A stretch of DNA of 64,000 nucleotides from Patescibacteria group bacterium (GTDB taxonomy: Bacteria > Patescibacteriota > JABMPQ01), in NCBI GenBank assembly GCA_041749335.1, contig JBGTBM010000007.1, positions 85,408-149,407 on the forward strand, in the 5' to 3' direction. The translations under genes were made by a program, and so were the position numbers. Of this stretch, positions 8,402 to 19,902 are shown one piece after another. How positions within the stretch are numbered: position 1 is the stretch's first letter; every line of letters begins with the position of its first letter. The notes beneath the pieces were generated by a model. That model was not told the origin of the DNA and searched no databases. It worked only from the letters and a program-made list of their open reading frames with translations.

Positions 8402-8594
8402 TAGACAAGTATTAATATGAATAAATTTGACGCCAACTTAAAGAAAGCGACCTGATTATCCTATAGTGGGAGACTTTATGGTCGCATAATATGCGGCTTT
8501 TTTGTTCAGATTAATGTGTGAACGTTGACAATTTATCAAGAATTTATACACAGGTAAAAAAATTTAGCAATTATTAATTGCTAGTCAATTAGTA

Positions 8595-11484
<2,890 letters not shown>

Positions 11485-11616
11485 ACTAAAGCTTTTAAAA
11501 TCGCTTATATCGATGGCGGTTTTAAAGGTTTTAAAAATTGACTAGCGATTTATAGTTGTTATTAATATAATGATGAAGAATCAGCGAAGACGCGGTGTAA
11601 ATGATTAATTGAAAAA

Positions 11617-11739
11617 ATGAATTTTAGGAAATTATTTTCTTCAGTAAAATTAATATTGGTTTTATTAATTATTGGAATATTCGTTTCAATTGCATTTTAT
11701 GTGACTTCGCTAAATTCTTTGGCGCACAATATATTTTAA
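11617..11739 (+). CDS. Putative 40-aa hydrophobic peptide in 23S-5S spacer
   Basis: MNFRKLFSSVKLILVLLIIGIFVSIAFYVTSLNSLAHNIF*; below ORF-track cutoff; no SD. Confidence 0.3.
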   Translation: MNFRKLFSSVKLILVLLIIGIFVSIAFYVTSLNSLAHNIF

Positions 11740-11752
11740 CTTGGCTGCAGCA

Positions 11753-11866
<114 letters not shown>

Positions 11867-11880
11867 TATTGCAGCTAAAT

Positions 11881-11910
11881 AAAATCACCCCACGAAGGGT
11901 GTTTTTTATT
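11881..11910 (+). terminator. Terminator after 5S
   Basis: CACCC-CACGAA-GGGTG-TTTTTT. Confidence 0.65.
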
Positions 11911-11999
11911 TATGAAACTGTTTATAACTTTTTTGATATTAGATCTTAAATTTGGTATATTAAATAAGTAATTTAGCAATATAAATAATTTGTTAATCT

Positions 12000-12875
12000 A
12001 TGTCTAAAATAAGAAAAGTCGTGATTCCGGTAGCAGGATATGGAACCAGATTTTTACCGGCCACCAAAGCGCAGCCAAAAGAATTAATGCCGGTAGTTGA
12101 TAAGCCGATTGTGCAATATGTAGTGGAGGAGGCAGTAGCTTCGGGCATTACCGATGTTATTTTAATAACCGGTGCGAGTAAACATGCGGTGGAAAATCAT
12201 TTTGACTATAATTACGAGCTTCAGGCCATGCTTAAAAAACAAGGCAAAGAAGAAAAGAGAGCTGAAATTAAAGAAATTGCGGACATGGCTAATTTTATTT
12301 ATGTTCGTCAAAAAGGACCTTATGGCAATGGTACTCCGATTTTATGTGCCAAAGAAGTAGTTGGTGATGAACCCTTTGCGGTATTGTGGGGCGATGAATT
12401 TTTTTATTCTACCGGAAAGCCCAGATTAAAGCAGCTGATTGAAGTTTACGATAAATATACAGATCCGGTTTTAACCGCCAAGGAAACTGATGATGAAGGT
12501 ACGAGGAAATATGGAATATTGGACGCAGTGAAAGTTGAAGATAATGTTTTCCAAGTAAATAAAATAGTAGAGAAGCCGGGTCCGGAAAAAGCGCCGTCGC
12601 ACTTGGCATCATTGGGAGGTTTTGTTTTAACGCCGGATATTTTTGAGGAGCTGGAAAAAACAAAATTGGGAAAAGATAATGAACTTTGGCTGGTGGATGC
12701 CATATTTTCCTTGTCTAAAAAAAGGCCGATTTATGCCTGCGAAGTAGATGCCGACTACTATGACACCGGTTCAAAGATAGGCTGGCTTAAAGCTAATATT
12801 GATATGGGTCTGAAACATCCGGAAGTAAAAGACGACCTAATAAAACTCATAAAAGAAAAAAATAACTTAATATAA
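12000..12875 (+). CDS. galU: UTP--glucose-1-phosphate uridylyltransferase
   Basis: VIPVAGYGTRFLPATKAQPKELMP, VEKP, YYDTG motifs. Confidence 0.93.
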   Translation: MSKIRKVVIPVAGYGTRFLPATKAQPKELMPVVDKPIVQYVVEEAVASGITDVILITGASKHAVENHFDYNYELQAMLKKQGKEEKRAEIKEIADMANFIYVRQKGPYGNGTPILCAKEVVGDEPFAVLWGDEFFYSTGKPRLKQLIEVYDKYTDPVLTAKETDDEGTRKYGILDAVKVEDNVFQVNKIVEKPGPEKAPSHLASLGGFVLTPDIFEELEKTKLGKDNELWLVDAIFSLSKKRPIYACEVDADYYDTGSKIGWLKANIDMGLKHPEVKDDLIKLIKEKNNLI

Positions 12876-12877
12876 AA

Positions 12878-14191
12878 ATGAAAAATAAAAGCAAGTTTTT
12901 CCGCATCGGAGTCATACTGTTTGCCATTTTACTGTTTGCCGGTTTTGGTTGTAAGGATGATAGCCAAAAACAAGACGCGGAGCAATTAGAACCGGTAGAA
13001 ATTGTTATTTGGAGCTTATGGGATGAAAAAGAAGTATATGATCCTTTGTTGAATGAATATACAAAGCTTAATCCCAATATTCGCTTTGATTACAAAAAAT
13101 TTACTTTTGAAGAATATGAACAGGCTGTTGTTAATGCATTGGCCGCTGGCAAGGGCCCGGATATTTGGTTGATGCACCATACTTGGCTGCCAAAACATCT
13201 GGATAAATTAGCTTCTATGCCGGAAGGCAAGATGTCAGCTTTTGAATATTCCGATACCTTTGTCGATGTGGCATATAATGATTTTGTTATCGACAATCAA
13301 ATATATGGAATTCCGCTTTCAGTCGATACGCTGGCAATGTATTACAATAAAGATTTATTTAATTCAGCAGCCATTACTAATCCTCCGGCCAATTGGCAAG
13401 AATTCAAGGATGATGCCAGGGCTTTAACCAAAATTAATGAGTATGGCGATATTCAGCAGGCCGGGGCGGCCATCGGTACCGCTAGAAATATAAACCGAGC
13501 AGTAGATATTCTATACTTGCTGATGATCCAAAACGGTACGGAAATGACTGATGAAAACAATACTAATGTTTTATTTAATCAGTCTGCTACGGCCGCGGAC
13601 GGAGAAGAATATATTCCCGGATTGGACGCTTTGATTTTTTATACCGATTTTGCCAATCCTAAAAAAACCATCTATACCTGGAATCCCACCATGCACTATA
13701 ACACTGACGCTTTTATTGAAGAGAGCGTAGCAATAATGTTTAATTATTCTTATCAAAATGAGGTAATTAGAGGCAAGGCTCCTCGCATGAATTATGGCAT
13801 TGCGCCCGCTCCGCAAATTGAGGGATCGTCCAAGAGATATGATTTTGCCAATTATTGGGGATTTACGGTAGCTAATAATTCAAAAAATCAGGAAATCGCC
13901 TGGGATGTGCTTACCTTTTTAGGCAAGCAAGAAAATGTTAAAGCATATACCGAAACCACTAAAAGGCCGGCTTCTCGTAGAGATGTTTTGAACGAACAAT
14001 TGCAAGATCCTGACCTAAAGGTTTTTGCCGAGCAAGCATTATCGGCCCAGAGCTGGCATCAGGTTGATCCCGGGCAAATTGAAGCGATTATGGCCGACAT
14101 GATCGAAAAAGTCGCTTTAGGAGAGATTGAAGCCGAAGAAGCCTTAAATGACGCAGTCAATCGAGTGGATGTTTTAATGAGTAATCAATAA
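12878..14191 (+). CDS. Extracellular solute-binding lipoprotein (sugar ABC SBP-like)
   Basis: Lipobox FAGFGC; GKGPDI, IYGIPLSVDTLAMYYNKDLF. Confidence 0.88.
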   Translation: MKNKSKFFRIGVILFAILLFAGFGCKDDSQKQDAEQLEPVEIVIWSLWDEKEVYDPLLNEYTKLNPNIRFDYKKFTFEEYEQAVVNALAAGKGPDIWLMHHTWLPKHLDKLASMPEGKMSAFEYSDTFVDVAYNDFVIDNQIYGIPLSVDTLAMYYNKDLFNSAAITNPPANWQEFKDDARALTKINEYGDIQQAGAAIGTARNINRAVDILYLLMIQNGTEMTDENNTNVLFNQSATAADGEEYIPGLDALIFYTDFANPKKTIYTWNPTMHYNTDAFIEESVAIMFNYSYQNEVIRGKAPRMNYGIAPAPQIEGSSKRYDFANYWGFTVANNSKNQEIAWDVLTFLGKQENVKAYTETTKRPASRRDVLNEQLQDPDLKVFAEQALSAQSWHQVDPGQIEAIMADMIEKVALGEIEAEEALNDAVNRVDVLMSNQ

Positions 14192-14196
14192 TAGAT

Positions 14197-14940
14197 ATGA
14201 TTAAGTTGGAAAAAATAATAATGATATTGTTAATATTTGGATTATTTGCTGTATTTCAATTTCCAAATATTACATATGCAGAAGATGAAAAAATTTTAGA
14301 CAAAGGAGCATATTGTGGATTTTATCAACCTTTTTATGTTACGCCAACCATGAAATCTAAAACATTGGAAGGTTATAAATGTATAGAAGGTACAGTTTGT
14401 GGCTACGCAAGCGTCTGCGATGAGCTGCCCGCAAGTGCTACTGAGGCGGGATATAAGGGCAAACCAAGATTTGCATGTATACCTCCCGAGTGGGTTCAAC
14501 AAAGACAGGATCAATTAACTGCCTGTATTCAAGGAGGTCCAGAAAAGGCTGCCGAAGAAGCAAAAAAAACTAAAGCAGACAATGCTTGTCTTGCTCAAGC
14601 TACCTCGACAGAAAGGGGGATTTTTACTAGAGACCTATCACCAAAATGTTTTGCTTGCGGGGAATGTACTCAAAAAGATGTTTTCCAGGAATTTATTAAT
14701 ATTTTTACCTTTATTCTACAAATTTCCGGAAGTTTAGCTGTATTAGTCATAGTAATTGGGGGAATTATGTACATGACAGCGGCCGGCGATCAGCAAAAAA
14801 CACAAAAGGCCAAAGGAGCTTTGACAGCGGCTATTATAGGTCTTATAATAGTTCTAGTGGCATTCACCTTGATAACATTTGTGATGAATTTATTGGGGTA
14901 TTCAAATGCCGGTTCATGGTACAGTCCCAGTTTAAAATAA
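14197..14940 (+). CDS. Pilin-like protein (TrbC/VirB2-type C-terminal domain) with Cys-rich N-domain
   Basis: C-terminal GG.MYMTAAG...KAK..LTAAIIGLII; many Cys in N half. Confidence 0.8.
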   Translation: MIKLEKIIMILLIFGLFAVFQFPNITYAEDEKILDKGAYCGFYQPFYVTPTMKSKTLEGYKCIEGTVCGYASVCDELPASATEAGYKGKPRFACIPPEWVQQRQDQLTACIQGGPEKAAEEAKKTKADNACLAQATSTERGIFTRDLSPKCFACGECTQKDVFQEFINIFTFILQISGSLAVLVIVIGGIMYMTAAGDQQKTQKAKGALTAAIIGLIIVLVAFTLITFVMNLLGYSNAGSWYSPSLK

Positions 14941-14944
14941 AAAT

Positions 14945-15358
14945 ATGTATAAAAATAAAATTATCGCTTTAGTAATTTTGATCATTTTTTCTAGTTTAAT
15001 TGTTTCCAATTTTGTATTGGCGCAAACTACTCCCAACGCTCCCAATATCCCATCAACATCAAATACTCCTAGCACCACCACGGGCACAAAAACATCAACT
15101 GCGACATTGACTAATCCTCTGTCGGTTAGTACGCCTGGGGCATTGATCGGAAATATTATTAAAACGTTAATGGGTGTCGTGGGGGTTGTGGCAGTTTTAA
15201 TGATTGTCTGGGGAGGTGTAATGTATATGACTTCGGCCGGCAGTGATGAAAAAATCGGCACAGCCAAGAAAATAATAACCGGAGCAATTATCGGCCTAGT
15301 GATATCAATATTGGCATATGTAATAATTGATTTTGTTATTAAAGCAATCGGAGGATAA
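14945..15358 (+). CDS. TrbC/VirB2-like pilin
   Basis: Signal peptide, Thr-rich linker, LTNPL, GGVMYMTSAGSDEKI..AKKII. Confidence 0.85.
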   Translation: MYKNKIIALVILIIFSSLIVSNFVLAQTTPNAPNIPSTSNTPSTTTGTKTSTATLTNPLSVSTPGALIGNIIKTLMGVVGVVAVLMIVWGGVMYMTSAGSDEKIGTAKKIITGAIIGLVISILAYVIIDFVIKAIGG

Positions 15359-15363
15359 ATATT

Positions 15364-15765
15364 ATGAAAACAAACTTGATAAATTTATTAGTGGTAATAC
15401 TAGCCTCATTATTTATTATATTTCCCATTGCACAGTTTTGCTATGCGGGCACTACTACCACTACCCCTTCAACTACCACCGGCTCTGACAAATACGGCCT
15501 TGGCGATGTAAAGAGTAGCGGACTGGTTACCAAAGATGCTACCGAAGTGGTCGGCAGTATTATTCAAACAATTATCGGGATCGTCGGTGTAATATTGGTA
15601 GTAGTACTTATTTATGGCGGAGTGCTCTATATGACTTCTGGAGGCAGTGAAGAGAAAACAAAAACTGCGAAAAAAGCGATAACCTATGGAATTGTCGGAA
15701 TAACTATTATTGCCCTGGCATTTGCAGTTACTCGCTTTGTGCTTGATGCGTTAATTAAACAATAG
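15364..15765 (+). CDS. TrbC/VirB2-like pilin
   Basis: YGGVLYMTSGGSEEK...AKKAI motif; Thr-rich N-term. Confidence 0.85.
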   Translation: MKTNLINLLVVILASLFIIFPIAQFCYAGTTTTTPSTTTGSDKYGLGDVKSSGLVTKDATEVVGSIIQTIIGIVGVILVVVLIYGGVLYMTSGGSEEKTKTAKKAITYGIVGITIIALAFAVTRFVLDALIKQ

Positions 15766-15805
15766 GATTAATAAAAATAAAATATATTGAAGGGAGGTGA
15801 TATCA

Positions 15806-16195
15806 GTGAAAAAATACATAAAGTTAATTTCAGCAAGCCTGGTAGCCGTTTTTGCGTTGGCGTTGGTTGTTCCTGCTGTAGCAGGTGCAGCCGCAACTCC
15901 TCCTACCAGTCCGACTGAATTACTAAATCAAACCGCAAATAAGTCAGGACAAACCCAAACTAGATCATTAACGGATATAATCGGTAACATTATTCAATGG
16001 ATTTTAGGCCTAGTTGGTGTGGTTTTGCTAATTATGTTTATTTATGGCGGTGTGCTTTATGCAACATCTGCCGGCAATGAAGATAAAGTAGAAACAGGCA
16101 AAAAGGTGATGCTATATGCTATTATCGGAGTGGTTATTATCGCTTTGGCGTTTGCCTTAACCAGATATGTAATCGATGCCTTATTTCAAGCGTAA
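15806..16195 (+). CDS. TrbC/VirB2-like pilin (candidate major subunit)
   Basis: YGGVLYATSAGNEDKV..GKK; SD GGAGGTGAT before GTG 15806. Confidence 0.85.
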   Translation: MKKYIKLISASLVAVFALALVVPAVAGAAATPPTSPTELLNQTANKSGQTQTRSLTDIIGNIIQWILGLVGVVLLIMFIYGGVLYATSAGNEDKVETGKKVMLYAIIGVVIIALAFALTRYVIDALFQA

Positions 16196-16210
16196 AAATT
16201 TAACAATTAT

Positions 16211-16238
16211 AAAACAGGCAATGTATACAGCCTGTTTT
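16211..16238. terminator. Bidirectional terminator
   Basis: AAAACAGGC-loop-GCCTGTTTT between convergent genes. Confidence 0.7.
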
Positions 16239-16239
16239 A

Positions 16240-17760
16240 TTATTTTAGTTTATATATTAAAATGTTTTCATTTTCATAAATTGTTTCGAATCTGAAGTCT
16301 TTTTTAGCATAATCGACAAATTCAGAAAAATCTTTATTTATAAAAACATAGTCAGCCTTAAAGTCTTGTTTAATAATTTGATAAGAGTTCTCTAGCGATT
16401 GTTGAGAAAATAATTGATGCCACTTTTGATATAAATTATAATTATATTCTTTCATGAAATTAGGGTCCAGACCGGCAATGTAATAATTTTGATCATTGTA
16501 AAATAACAATTGCGGTGATTCGCTCCAGTCCAAATGATAAACAATTTCATTAGCCGGAATATTTTCTTTCATCCAAATACTGGCTTTCTTGATATTTGTT
16601 TTATCCTCTTTGTCATTATTGAGATTAAAATATACCGCTTGAAAATTATAAATGGCTGCGCTTGTAAGTAAAAAAATAATTAATAATTTTGAAGTATATT
16701 TATTTTTAAATAAAAATAATTTACCGATATATTTATTAATAGCAATATGATTATTTGTATATAAGTAAGCGGCCAGCAGGATAATTAGCGGAGCGCTATA
16801 TTCAATCATTTTTCTTACAACGATTGTCAGTATAAAAAAAATTACTGCGTTTAAAAATAAAAATAATGTTATTTTGCCAATTTTTCTATGTTTAATTTTG
16901 GTTAATAAAATTATAAAAATAGAAATGACAAAGAGCGCGATAATTATCAAAGAAGACGAGATTAAAAAACGTGGAGCAGACATATACCATTCAATTCCTA
17001 CCGGCATATTTGAAAAAGGGTCTTTTAAGGCAACTTGGTATAAATGAAAAAAAAGATGGTAAATATTTTTAGGAAAATATGGATTTAAAATTATGGCGAT
17101 AACAACTCCGGTAAGATAACAAAAAATCGGGTAAAATAAATCGGAGATTAATTTGGTATTTTTGGTTTTAAATAAATAGTAAACTTCAATCAGAGATTTA
17201 ATAGCAATGACAATGCCTAAAATAATAAATCCATCAAAGAGCCAAGCATAAAAAATAGTAAGCGGTATTAAATATATATAATTATTTTTAATCAGCAGAT
17301 AAATTCCTATTAGTAAAAGAATTAAAGCCAAGCTTTGCGCTCGCAGTAAGTTTAGCCGAAAAATAAAAAGCGAAGAGGAAAAAAGCAACAGCAGAGTCCA
17401 AAAGTGCGGAAACTTGATGTTAAGTTTTTTCAAAATAACAAAAAAAGCAATAAAAAAAGCGGCTGAAAAAATGATAGTAGCAATTTTAGCAGCTAAAAAT
17501 GGTTCTAATAATTTAAAAAAGGGCAGCAGTAATATATGAAAAAGAAGGTGATGCTCAACGAAATTATCATTTAATATGGTGTATTGCAGCCAGGGAAAAA
17601 TTTCAACCAACTTGCCGCTATCTAAAATAAGTTGAGCCATTTTGGCGTGATAATAGACATCGGTACATAAAAACTCATAAGCTTTAAATTGAATAATAGC
17701 TATAAATGAAATTACAGTTGTGATTAATATGATGTACTTTAAATAAAATTTTATACGCAT
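16240..17760 (-). CDS. GT-C fold integral membrane glycosyltransferase (OST/STT3- or ArnT-like)
   Basis: Many TMs; DVYYH after TM1; soluble C-domain WMKENIP..EIV..DW, GLDP.F. Confidence 0.6.
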   Translation of the reverse strand: MRIKFYLKYIILITTVISFIAIIQFKAYEFLCTDVYYHAKMAQLILDSGKLVEIFPWLQYTILNDNFVEHHLLFHILLLPFFKLLEPFLAAKIATIIFSAAFFIAFFVILKKLNIKFPHFWTLLLLFSSSLFIFRLNLLRAQSLALILLLIGIYLLIKNNYIYLIPLTIFYAWLFDGFIILGIVIAIKSLIEVYYLFKTKNTKLISDLFYPIFCYLTGVVIAIILNPYFPKNIYHLFFHLYQVALKDPFSNMPVGIEWYMSAPRFLISSSLIIIALFVISIFIILLTKIKHRKIGKITLFLFLNAVIFFILTIVVRKMIEYSAPLIILLAAYLYTNNHIAINKYIGKLFLFKNKYTSKLLIIFLLTSAAIYNFQAVYFNLNNDKEDKTNIKKASIWMKENIPANEIVYHLDWSESPQLLFYNDQNYYIAGLDPNFMKEYNYNLYQKWHQLFSQQSLENSYQIIKQDFKADYVFINKDFSEFVDYAKKDFRFETIYENENILIYKLK

Positions 17761-17800
17761 ATTTAAATCAATAATATCATTAAAGTGCTCATTGTTAAAT

Positions 17801-17837
17801 AAAAAAGCGGGATGTAGTTAATTGATAACATCCCGCT
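17801..17837 (-). terminator. Terminator of SPFH operon
   Basis: AGCGGGATGT...ACATCCCGCT followed by T-run on minus strand. Confidence 0.75.
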
Positions 17838-17869
17838 ATGAAAAAAATGAACGAAAGAACGTGGAAGGA

Positions 17870-18295
17870 CTAGAGAGGAGGATCAACGGCGGCGAAGTTG
17901 TAGAAGGGGTCCCTGCCTTTGTTCTGTTTGGGCTGACGAGAGGAGGGCTGGTAGGATTTCTGCTTTTTCTGCTGGGGGTAGGCGCGTCGCTGGTACTCAT
18001 GATACCGGCGGTTGCCTTCCATCTCTCTCGCGTGCATCCGCTGGATTGCCTCTTCACTCTCCTGTGTGAGCTTGTCTTGGCACCCTTTGATCGGTGTGAA
18101 GACGCAGGTGTAGAAAAGCACTCCAAAAACCAGTGGTACGAAAGTCCAGAAGAACAGCGGCTCCATCTTTTCAAAGTTGATAGTGAGACTGCGAGGAGCA
18201 GGCGGACTGTTTGAAACAGCAGCTTGCTTGCTTCGCGCCCGAAAAACCATAGCTGCCACGAAAATGATGCAGCCAACCAGGAATATGTATCCCAT
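17870..18295 (-). CDS. Hypothetical two-TM membrane protein
   Basis: SD AAGGAG; two hydrophobic segments; 15 nt downstream of SPFH gene. Confidence 0.7.
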   Translation of the reverse strand: MGYIFLVGCIIFVAAMVFRARSKQAAVSNSPPAPRSLTINFEKMEPLFFWTFVPLVFGVLFYTCVFTPIKGCQDKLTQESEEAIQRMHAREMEGNRRYHEYQRRAYPQQKKQKSYQPSSRQPKQNKGRDPFYNFAAVDPPL

Positions 18296-18310
18296 GGGGC
18301 TTGCTCCTTT

Positions 18311-19234
18311 CTATTTTTTCTTACCCGGGCCCTTCATGGCGTCGGCCATAATGTGGGCGATCGGAATAGACGCAGCGAGGCCGGAGGCGAGATCATCGGA
18401 AACGATGTAAACGCCGTCGCCCTTGGCCATTTCTTCACGACCTTCAATGCCGCGAATGGCGGCGCCTTCCGCCGGAGTCCAGTGCTTTTTGCCAAGGATG
18501 GAGCTATAGACTTCATCGACACGTTCTTTCTCCGCCTGGGCATCCATACGCTTGGCATCGGCTTTGGCGGCCGCGACTTTGCGGACCTTGATCGCCTCGG
18601 CGTCCGCTTCGAGTGAAGCAGATTCCGGCTTGCTGATCGCGGCTTCCAGTTCTTGTGGAAGCTCCAGGTTCGTAAGTAGTATGCTTACGTTCCGAATTTG
18701 CGATTCAACAAGAATGTTGTGGCGATCATTTTTTAATAGATTATCCAGACGATCTTTTATATCAGTATTGAATTCTTTACGATCATGGTAAAGTCTCTCC
18801 CAGTCAAACTCTTGGCAAACATCCTCTACCAAATCCACGACCGGCTCCATAAAAAGACTGTGGAGATATTCGGATTCAAGTGAATTAATAATTTTGACTG
18901 TCTTAAGCAGCAAGGGAAGTTCCATAGGGCGCATGCGCGTGGGGTACCGGAAGCGTAAGGACAGATGAACAGTAACGTTGACCGCCGAGTGGCCCTTGTC
19001 CTTCTTTGTCAATATGCGAGTATTGAACTCTAATTCCTGCTTGGATGTTGGGAAAACGATCAAATCGCAGAGGGGAAAGGGGATGAAAATCAGACCCGAT
19101 TCTACCGCTTTTTCCGGCTTGCCGAAGGTGGTTACCACCCCGGCCTCTGCCGCCTTAACGACGCGCACAGACTTATACAGCCAAAAACCGATCAGAACCG
19201 CAAGTCCCAGAATAAAAGCCGTTGCTTCGGACAT
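18311..19234 (-). CDS. SPFH/band-7 domain protein
   Basis: N-terminal TM, VRVV..AEAGVVTTFGK...GL.F.P, Ala/Glu coiled coil; SD GAGGTG. Confidence 0.85.
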   Translation of the reverse strand: MSEATAFILGLAVLIGFWLYKSVRVVKAAEAGVVTTFGKPEKAVESGLIFIPFPLCDLIVFPTSKQELEFNTRILTKKDKGHSAVNVTVHLSLRFRYPTRMRPMELPLLLKTVKIINSLESEYLHSLFMEPVVDLVEDVCQEFDWERLYHDRKEFNTDIKDRLDNLLKNDRHNILVESQIRNVSILLTNLELPQELEAAISKPESASLEADAEAIKVRKVAAAKADAKRMDAQAEKERVDEVYSSILGKKHWTPAEGAAIRGIEGREEMAKGDGVYIVSDDLASGLAASIPIAHIMADAMKGPGKKK

Positions 19235-19299
19235 CTCACACCTCTTTTCTTGTTTTGCGTGGTTAAATTGTCAAAAAGCTTACATTTTCTGAATATTGA

Positions 19300-19328
19300 A
19301 TGATAACATAAATAAGAAAAAATGTCAA
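19300..19328 (-). promoter_or_regulatory. Consensus sigma70 promoter of SPFH operon
   Basis: Minus strand TTGACA-17 bp-TATCAT with extended TGn. Confidence 0.75.
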
Positions 19329-19482
19329 TATTTTATGGAATAAATTAAGCAATGCTGGTAAAGCGCATAAATAAGGCAAATTTAGCCTTAATTATTATAG
19401 AAAATAGTCTATGCATAAAAAAGTAAATTTTGACTTTTTAGCTTAAATAAACTACGATTATAGCAAGATAATATTAAATCAT

Positions 19483-19869
19483 ATGAAAAATCAAAAAATA
19501 AAAATTCTGATCGTAGATGATGAAGCGGATATTTTGGCGATTTATCAAGAAAAATTTTCTCTGGAAGGCTACCGAGTGGAAGCTACGGACAAAGGCAAAG
19601 AGGTTCTTACGCTAGCAAAAAAATTTAAGCCTAAACTAATTTTACTTGATATTATGATGTTGGATACCGATGGCTATAAAGTAATCAAACAGCTAAAGAC
19701 TGATAAAATCACCAAAAAAATACCGGTGATTATGCTGTCTAATCTGGGGCACGGCGAAGCGATAGAAAAGGGCATTATTAACGGCGCCGATGATTATATT
19801 GTCAAAGTAAACTATACCCCCAGAGAAATAGTGGAAAAAGTTAATATTTTTCTAAAAGATCATAAATAG
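19483..19869 (+). CDS. Single-domain response regulator (receiver only)
   Basis: ILIVDDE, ILLDIMM, PVIMLSN, GADDYIVK. Confidence 0.92.
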   Translation: MKNQKIKILIVDDEADILAIYQEKFSLEGYRVEATDKGKEVLTLAKKFKPKLILLDIMMLDTDGYKVIKQLKTDKITKKIPVIMLSNLGHGEAIEKGIINGADDYIVKVNYTPREIVEKVNIFLKDHK

Positions 19870-19902
19870 CGGGCGAGTTAAAACATCTAATTCGGAGCAA
19901 AT

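Noticed and set aside
17822-19292. Plus-strand and alternative ORFs over the SPFH islet
   Set aside because: Promoter, SDs and terminator all support the two minus-strand genes.
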